Assembly: GCA_002419465.1 (NCBI GenBank)
Contig: DIGE01000010.1
Coordinates: 21,699-85,698, forward strand
Direction of reading: 5' to 3'
DNA: 64,000 nt
Origin: Geobacter sp. UBA5730
GTDB taxonomy: Bacteria > Desulfobacterota > Desulfuromonadia > Geobacterales > Pseudopelobacteraceae
Positions 58,776 to 64,000 of the stretch are shown here, in pieces (within the stretch, counting starts at the first letter, position 1; each line of letters opens with the position of its first letter). A program made the position numbers and the translations under genes. Under the pieces are notes generated by a model that saw only the letters and a list, made by a program, of their open reading frames with translations, was not told where the DNA came from and did not search any database.

Positions 58776-60008
58776 TTACACCGCCTGCCTGATCGGTATT
58801 ACCTTCGCAACACTCTTTAATCCGTCCAGATAATCAGCCCAGGTTTGCATCATCTTCTTCCGTTCCGTCAGGTGTTGCGTCCGGTTGTACGCTCTGCCAA
58901 GCCGATCCGGTACCGCGTGGGCAAGCTGTGCCTCAATAGCGTCCGGTGAGAACCCCAGCACTTCGTGCAACAAGGTTCTGGCCGTTGCCCTGAAGCCATG
59001 GGTACAGACCTCTTCCTTGCTGAAACCCATGCGTCGCAGACCTGCGTTCAGTGTATTTTCTGAAATAATTCTTAAGGGTGTTCGTATACTTGGGAATACA
59101 TACTTGCTGTGATAGGTTAAAGGTTTTAGGTCCTTCAAAATAGCTACAGCCTGAGAGGGTAGGGGGACCAGGTGAGGCTGCTTCATCTTCATTCGTTCGC
59201 CTGGGATACTCCATTCAGCAGCATCAAGATCGAGCTCTTCCCACTCCATGCCACGCAACTCACCGGGGCGAACAAACAGCATGGGGAGCAGTTGTAGGGC
59301 GCACTTCACCGCAAACGAACCCTGAAACTCCTCTGTTGCCCTCAGTAGTCCTGCCAGCTGCTTTGGATCTGTCAGTGCTGCCCGGTGGCCAAACTTAACC
59401 GCAGGCAGTGCCCCCCGCAGGTCGCGGGTGCAATCGCTCTCAACCTTGCCGGTAGCAACTGCATAACGCAGTATTTGGCTGCACGAGTTTAGCACTCGGT
59501 GGGCGGTGTCCAGTGCCCCCCGTGATTCGATCCTGCGAACGGTGGCAAGAATCTCGGGTGGAGTGATCTCGGTAACCGGGCGACGCCCAAGGTAAGGGAA
59601 CACATCTTTTTCAAGCCGGTCCATTAAGGTCTTGGAGTGGACCGCAGACCAGTTGCCGGAAAATCTAAGGTGCCATTCACGAGCGACGATTTCAAAGCTG
59701 TTCTCTGCGGCTGCCTCCTTGATGGTCTTTTGGATCTTCTTAAACTCTCCTGGATCTACGCCGTTGGCCAGCAGTTTTTTTGCATCGTCCCGGCGTTTGC
59801 GTGCATCGGCCAGGGTGACTTGGGGGTATGCGCCAAGAGATAGCTGCTTAACCTTGCCATCAAACGAATACTTTAGCCGCCAAAGTTTCCCGCCTGCCGG
59901 CGAGACCAGAAGGTTTAGTCCGCCACCATCAAACAGCTTGTAGCCCTTTTCCTGTGGCTTGGCGTTTTTGATTTGTAGTTCAGAGAGAGGCAGTATTCGT
60001 CTCGGCAT
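58776..60008 (-). CDS. int: P4-type tyrosine recombinase/integrase
   Basis: 410 aa. The N-terminus is DUF4102-like (LSELQIKNAKPQEKGYKLFDGGGLNLLVSPAGGKLWRLKY). It has a SAM-like core-binding domain. The catalytic region contains RPGELRGMEW, HGFRATARTLL and LAHAV...AYNR. Confidence 0.92.
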   Translation of the reverse strand: MPRRILPLSELQIKNAKPQEKGYKLFDGGGLNLLVSPAGGKLWRLKYSFDGKVKQLSLGAYPQVTLADARKRRDDAKKLLANGVDPGEFKKIQKTIKEAAAENSFEIVAREWHLRFSGNWSAVHSKTLMDRLEKDVFPYLGRRPVTEITPPEILATVRRIESRGALDTAHRVLNSCSQILRYAVATGKVESDCTRDLRGALPAVKFGHRAALTDPKQLAGLLRATEEFQGSFAVKCALQLLPMLFVRPGELRGMEWEELDLDAAEWSIPGERMKMKQPHLVPLPSQAVAILKDLKPLTYHSKYVFPSIRTPLRIISENTLNAGLRRMGFSKEEVCTHGFRATARTLLHEVLGFSPDAIEAQLAHAVPDRLGRAYNRTQHLTERKKMMQTWADYLDGLKSVAKVIPIRQAV

Positions 60009-60120
60009 GAAGTGCTCCTTTATTTTGGGAGCATCCTACCTTTCATGGACATGACATGCCCCTAAAAGTGCTCCCAAAAAATCTGGAACTAGGTATATCA
60101 CCATGAACAGCCATAGACAA

Positions 60121-60156
60121 ACAAAAGAAAAAAGCCCTCGAAATTCAAGGGCTTTT
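60121..60156 (-). terminator. Intrinsic terminator downstream of tRNA-Leu
   Basis: On the minus strand, the stem-loop AAAAGCCCT TGAATTTCG AGGGCTTTT is followed by TTCTTTTGT. Confidence 0.55.
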
Positions 60157-60187
60157 GGTCTGCGCTGTACAGCGCTGTACTAACTAT

Positions 60188-60273
60188 TGGTACCAGAGGC
60201 CGGACTCGAACCGGCATGAGGTTGCCCTCGGCAGATTTTGAGTCTGCTGTGTCTACCATTTCACCACTCTGGC
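60188..60273 (-). tRNA. tRNA-Leu (anticodon CAA)
   Basis: Minus strand reads GCCAGAGTGGTGAAATGGTAGACACAGCAGACTCAAAATCTGCCGAGGGCAACCTCATGCCGGTTCGAGTCCGGCCTCTGGTACCA. The cloverleaf has the long variable arm of a class II tRNA, anticodon loop CT-CAA-AA, the GGTTCGAGTCC T-loop and an encoded CCA. Confidence 0.92.
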
Positions 60274-60351
60274 AAAAGAGTCGTCACTATACCCATAACA
60301 GTAGCCGGGCGTCAAGTGGAAAGGGGCGCTGGATCGGCCCGGTGTGGGACA

Positions 60352-61752
60352 TCAGCTTTCTGGTCGGGTCATCGCCAGCGGCACGATCCAGGCATCGTAC
60401 TGCTCTGCCGTGACCTGGCCCGAGGCCAGGGCCGCCTGCCGCAGGGTTTGGCCCTGATGGTGGGCGGTCTTGGCAATGGCGGCGGCGGCATCGTAGCCGA
60501 TGTGGCGGGTGAGGGCGGTCACCAGCATCAGGTTGTTACTGAGGTGCTCGGCAATCACCTGCTGGTCTGGTTCGATCCCTTTGGCACAGTGCTCGTTAAA
60601 GGCGTTGCAGGCGTCGGCCAGCAGACCGATGCTCTCCAGCACGTTGTGCACGATGACCGGTTTGTAGACGTTCAACTGGAAGTTGCCCTGGCTGCCGGCA
60701 AAGGCCACTGCGGCATCGTTGCCGAACACCTGTACGCAAACCATGGTCAACGCCTCGCACTGGGTAGGATTGACCTTGCCCGGCATGATGGAGGAGCCGG
60801 GTTCGTTTTCAGGAATCACCAGCTCACCGATGCCGCAGCGCGGGCCGCTGGCCAGCCAACGCACATCGTTGGCCAGTTTCATCAGACCGCCCCCCAGGGT
60901 GCGCAGACTGGCTGAGGTCTGTACCAGGGCGTCGTGGGCCGCCAGGCTGAAGAACTTGTTGGGGGAACTGCGGAACGGCTGTCCGGTCAACTGGGCGATC
61001 TTCTCAGCGGCCAGGTCGCCGAAACGGGGGTGGGCATTCAGGCCGGTGCCAACGGCGGTGCCGCCGATGGCCAGATCATACAGTCCGGCCAGGGCTGCCC
61101 GCACCCCATTCAGGCCGAAATCGATCTGAGCCACCCAGGCGCTGATCTCCTGCCCCAGGGTGATCGGCGTGGCGTCCTGCAGGTGGGTCCGGCCGGTCTT
61201 CACCAGATCACGATGAGTATCGGCCTTGGCGGCCAAGGTGTCACGCAGGGCGTTGACGGCAGGAAACAGCTGCCCCTGCAGCTCCTCCACCACGGCGATA
61301 TGCATGGCGGTGGGAAAGGTGTCGTTGGATGACTGTCCCCGGTTGACATGGTCGTTGGGGTGCACCGGCTGTTTGGAACCCAGCCTGCCGCTGGCCAGTT
61401 CAATGGCCCGGTTGCTGATCACCTCGTTGGCGTTCATGTTGGATTGGGTGCCGGAGCCGGTCTGGAATACCACCAGCGGGAAGTGCCCATCCAGTTGCCC
61501 ATTGATTACCTCGTCACTGGCCGCGATGATTAACGCTGCCAGGTCGGCAGGCAGTTCTCCCAATTCGGCATTGGCCTGGGCTGCGGCCTTTTTGAGGATG
61601 CCCAGCGAGCGGATGACCGGGCGCTGCCAGCGGAAACGATCGACCCCGATCGGAAAGTGGTGGATCGAGCGCTGGGTCTGGGCCCCCCAGTAGCGGTCTG
61701 CCGGTACTTCAATGGCCCCCATGGAGTCGTTTTCAGTGCGGGTTGTGTGCAT
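60352..61752 (-). CDS. fumC: Class II fumarate hydratase
   Basis: 466 aa with the [15 protein letters not shown] signature. Confidence 0.95.
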   Translation of the reverse strand: MHTTRTENDSMGAIEVPADRYWGAQTQRSIHHFPIGVDRFRWQRPVIRSLGILKKAAAQANAELGELPADLAALIIAASDEVINGQLDGHFPLVVFQTGSGTQSNMNANEVISNRAIELASGRLGSKQPVHPNDHVNRGQSSNDTFPTAMHIAVVEELQGQLFPAVNALRDTLAAKADTHRDLVKTGRTHLQDATPITLGQEISAWVAQIDFGLNGVRAALAGLYDLAIGGTAVGTGLNAHPRFGDLAAEKIAQLTGQPFRSSPNKFFSLAAHDALVQTSASLRTLGGGLMKLANDVRWLASGPRCGIGELVIPENEPGSSIMPGKVNPTQCEALTMVCVQVFGNDAAVAFAGSQGNFQLNVYKPVIVHNVLESIGLLADACNAFNEHCAKGIEPDQQVIAEHLSNNLMLVTALTRHIGYDAAAAIAKTAHHQGQTLRQAALASGQVTAEQYDAWIVPLAMTRPES

Positions 61753-61856
61753 TGCCGGTCCTCATAACAATGGTTGCGGCTGACTTTCAGTTCAGCCTGG
61801 TGTATAACGCCAATTCAGATAATAAGCGTACTATAGCAGAATCAGGTTTGGTGTCC

Positions 61857-64000
61857 ATGCCCACACTCACGCTTGACCATAGCCGCTCATTGACCATTCC
61901 GGCCGAGTTTCTGGATAAACTGGGGCTGCAACCGGGTGATACGGTGAGTGTTGAGACCAACGGCACCGGACTGGTGCTACGCAAGGTGATCCCGCCGGCA
62001 GTTCCTTCATTGCAGCAGACCATAGCCCGCAAGAACCTGACTGTGGGGATGCAGTTCATCAAAGGGGTCGGACCCAAGCTGGCCGAGCTTTTGGCCAAGC
62101 GGGAGATCCGCACGGTTGAGGACGCCCTGTTCTGTCTGCCTCACCGCTACGAAGACCGCCGCACCCTGGTACCGATCCGTCAACTGAAGCCGGGTGTCAG
62201 CCAGGTGTTTCAGGGCACGGTGGTATCAGCCACCGCCGCTACCACCAAGGGAGGCCGTAAGGTTTTTGAGGTTTTGGTGAGCGACGAGTCCGGCAGTATG
62301 CTGCTGAAATGGTTCCACGCCAACCCGCTCTGGATGCAGCGCACCTGGAAGGTGGGGCGGCGGGGGGTGTTTACCGGTGAGGTAACCTCCTTCGGCTTTC
62401 AGCGAGAGGTGCATCACCCCGACGTGGAGTGGCTGGAGGAAGGGGCCGACGTGCAGGCGGTGATGGCGGCCGACCCGGTCAACTTCGGCCGGATCGTGCC
62501 GGTCTACCCCCTGACCGAAGGTCTGCATCAAAAGGGAATGCGCAGGGTGATGCGCCAGGTGGTGGACGGTTTCCTTGATAATGTGGAGAACGTGCTGCCG
62601 TCGTCGTTACTCAGCCCTCACGGCTACCTGCCGTTGCGGGAGTCGTTGGGGCAGGTGCACCTGCCGCCGGCCGAAGCGCAGCTGGCCGATCTGAATGAGG
62701 GCCGCACCCCGGCCCACCGCTCGCTGGCCTTTGACGAATTTTTTTACTGGGAATTGGGACAGGCCCTGAAAAAGCGGGGCATCGCCCTGGAAACCGGCAT
62801 CGCCTTCCAGGTGACCCATCGCTACACCAAGGAACTGGCCCGGTTGCTGCCGTTTCAGCTGACTGCGGCTCAGCGCCGGGTGCTGGCGGAGATTAAGACC
62901 GACATGATGGCACCTCACCCGATGCATCGTCTGGTGCAGGGGGATGTGGGCAGCGGCAAGACCATGGTGGCGCTGATGGCGGCCCTGGTGGCGGTGGAGA
63001 ACGGCTACCAGGTGGCGATCATGGCCCCCACCGAGATCCTGGCCGAGCAGCATTGGCACAATATCCACCATTGGTGCGAACAGCTGGGCATCAGTGTAGT
63101 GTTACTGACCGCCGCGCTTAAGGGTAAGGCCAAAAAAGAGGCGTTGGCCCTGGTGGCCGATGGCAGGGCCGCCATCGTGATCGGCACCCATGCCGTGATT
63201 CAGGACAAGGTGGAGTTTCAGCGCCTGGGTCTGGGAATCGTGGACGAACAGCACCGCTTCGGGGTGCTGCAGCGGGGCATTCTCAAAAAGAAGGGGATCA
63301 ACCCCGACATCCTGGTGATGACCGCCACCCCGATCCCCCGTACCCTGGCCATGACCCTGTTCGGTGACCTCTCCCTTTCGGTGATTGACGAACTGCCGCC
63401 AGGCAGAACCCCCATTGATACAAAGATCTATTTTGAATCTCGCCGCACACAGGTCTATGACCTGATCCGCGCTGAAGTGGCCCAGCAGCGGCAGGTCTAC
63501 GTGATCTATCCGCTGGTGGAGGAGTCGGAGAAGAGTGACCTGAAGGCTGCCAGCCAGATGGCGGAACACCTGCAGCTGGAGATATTCCCCGGCCTGACGG
63601 TGGGGCTCTTGCATGGCCGGATGAAGCCGGAGGAAAAAGAGGCGGTCATGGCCAGCTTTAAAAATCGTAAATTGGATATCCTGGTGGCCACCACCGTGAT
63701 CGAGGTGGGGATTGATGTGCCCAACGCCACCCTGATGGTGATCGAGCATAGCGAGCGGTTTGGCCTCTCGCAGCTGCATCAGCTGCGGGGCAGGGTGGGG
63801 CGGGGGGCGCACCGTTCCCGCTGTATCCTGCTGACACCGGGAAAACTGTCAGAAGATGGCGAGCGGCGCCTGCGGGTGATGGAGGCCACCACTGACGGTT
63901 TCCGGATTGCCGAGGCCGATCTGGAGATCCGCGGACCGGGCGACTTTCTGGGTACCCGCCAGTCCGGCATGCCTGATTTCCGGGTGGCCAGCATCCTGCG
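61857..64000 (+). CDS. recG: ATP-dependent DNA helicase RecG, 3' end beyond the window, with an in-frame N-terminal SpoVT/AbrB-like segment
   Basis: Absent from the ORF track because there is no stop within the window. My hand translation from ATG 61857 stays open to 64000. Motifs are IKGVGPKLAELL, LPHRYEDRR, Walker A GDVGSGKT, DEQHRFG, TATPIPRT and QLHQLRGRVGRG. The first ~45 aa read TLTLDHSRSLTIPAEFLDKLGLQPGDTVSVETNGTGLVLRKV. Confidence 0.88.
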   Translation, partial: MPTLTLDHSRSLTIPAEFLDKLGLQPGDTVSVETNGTGLVLRKVIPPAVPSLQQTIARKNLTVGMQFIKGVGPKLAELLAKREIRTVEDALFCLPHRYEDRRTLVPIRQLKPGVSQVFQGTVVSATAATTKGGRKVFEVLVSDESGSMLLKWFHANPLWMQRTWKVGRRGVFTGEVTSFGFQREVHHPDVEWLEEGADVQAVMAADPVNFGRIVPVYPLTEGLHQKGMRRVMRQVVDGFLDNVENVLPSSLLSPHGYLPLRESLGQVHLPPAEAQLADLNEGRTPAHRSLAFDEFFYWELGQALKKRGIALETGIAFQVTHRYTKELARLLPFQLTAAQRRVLAEIKTDMMAPHPMHRLVQGDVGSGKTMVALMAALVAVENGYQVAIMAPTEILAEQHWHNIHHWCEQLGISVVLLTAALKGKAKKEALALVADGRAAIVIGTHAVIQDKVEFQRLGLGIVDEQHRFGVLQRGILKKKGINPDILVMTATPIPRTLAMTLFGDLSLSVIDELPPGRTPIDTKIYFESRRTQVYDLIRAEVAQQRQVYVIYPLVEESEKSDLKAASQMAEHLQLEIFPGLTVGLLHGRMKPEEKEAVMASFKNRKLDILVATTVIEVGIDVPNATLMVIEHSERFGLSQLHQLRGRVGRGAHRSRCILLTPGKLSEDGERRLRVMEATTDGFRIAEADLEIRGPGDFLGTRQSGMPDFRVASIL

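Larger units (their letters stand above)
54574..60187. mobile_element. Integrase-associated genomic island at the 3' end of tRNA-Leu(CAA)
   Basis: A P4-type tyrosine integrase lies directly next to the tRNA 3' end. The cargo is a degraded type I R-M locus plus unknown genes. The sequence from ~56.5 kb to ~60.1 kb is visibly more AT-rich than the flanks. The left boundary was not determined because no att repeat was found by eye. Confidence 0.6.

Noticed and set aside
60238-60915. 225-aa plus-strand ORF spanning the tRNA-Leu gene and the 3' part of fumC in antisense.
   Set aside because: It overlaps a confidently folded tRNA and an unmistakable fumC coding region. Its translation is Gly/Ala/His-rich with no motifs.
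1-64000. Checked for CRISPR arrays, rRNA genes, IS/transposase genes and prophage structural genes.
   Set aside because: I saw no regularly spaced direct repeats, no rRNA-like conserved stretches, and no DDE or HUH transposase or capsid/terminase-like translations. The only mobility gene is the tyrosine integrase at 58776..60008.

Overview
The window looks like a high-GC chromosomal segment from a Geobacteraceae/Desulfuromonadales-type deltaproteobacterium. This placement is inferred from gene content only. Most of it is densely packed core genes.

Core content, in order:
- A partial chemotaxis-like module: ExeA/MshM-like ATPase, two CheW, a HEAT-repeat protein, CheR and CheB.
- leuS-lptE-holA, rpsT, purN-purM, pgsA, acnB and metF.
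- yicC-gmk-rpoZ-rel-ridA, rpmB, thrC, ispB and tlpA-ccdA.
- lgt, ppiC, dinB, fumC, and a 3'-truncated recG that is missing from the supplied ORF track.

Regions that stand out:
1. A secreted glutaredoxin-like gene (29894..30280, minus strand) is split in the ORF track by an in-frame TGA. The TGA sits at the first Cys of the CxxC motif and has a SECIS-like hairpin downstream. This is a probable selenoprotein, and it lies 10 nt upstream of a fused TatD/radical-SAM gene.
2. A partner-switching module (anti-sigma kinase plus STAS antagonist) is driven by a 1082-aa protein. That protein fuses a sodium:solute-symporter domain, a GAF domain and a PP2C/SpoIIE phosphatase, and is preceded by a small membrane subunit.
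3. An ombB-omaB-omcB-type porin-cytochrome conduit operon encodes a beta-barrel, an 8-heme cytochrome and a 12-heme lipoprotein cytochrome.
4. A same-strand string of lipoprotein, DUF3108, ExeA (with a peptidoglycan-binding domain) and a GspB-like protein follows that operon. No type II secretion genes are visible nearby.
5. A genomic island sits at tRNA-Leu(CAA). It carries a P4-type integrase, an hsdM gene, a DUF1016/PDDEXK nuclease, an hsdS stub and two proteins of unknown function. No hsdR is present.
6. RecG appears to carry an in-frame N-terminal SpoVT/AbrB-like domain.

I saw no CRISPR array, rRNA gene or transposase. All calls rest on reading the translations and sequence by eye. No database search was run.
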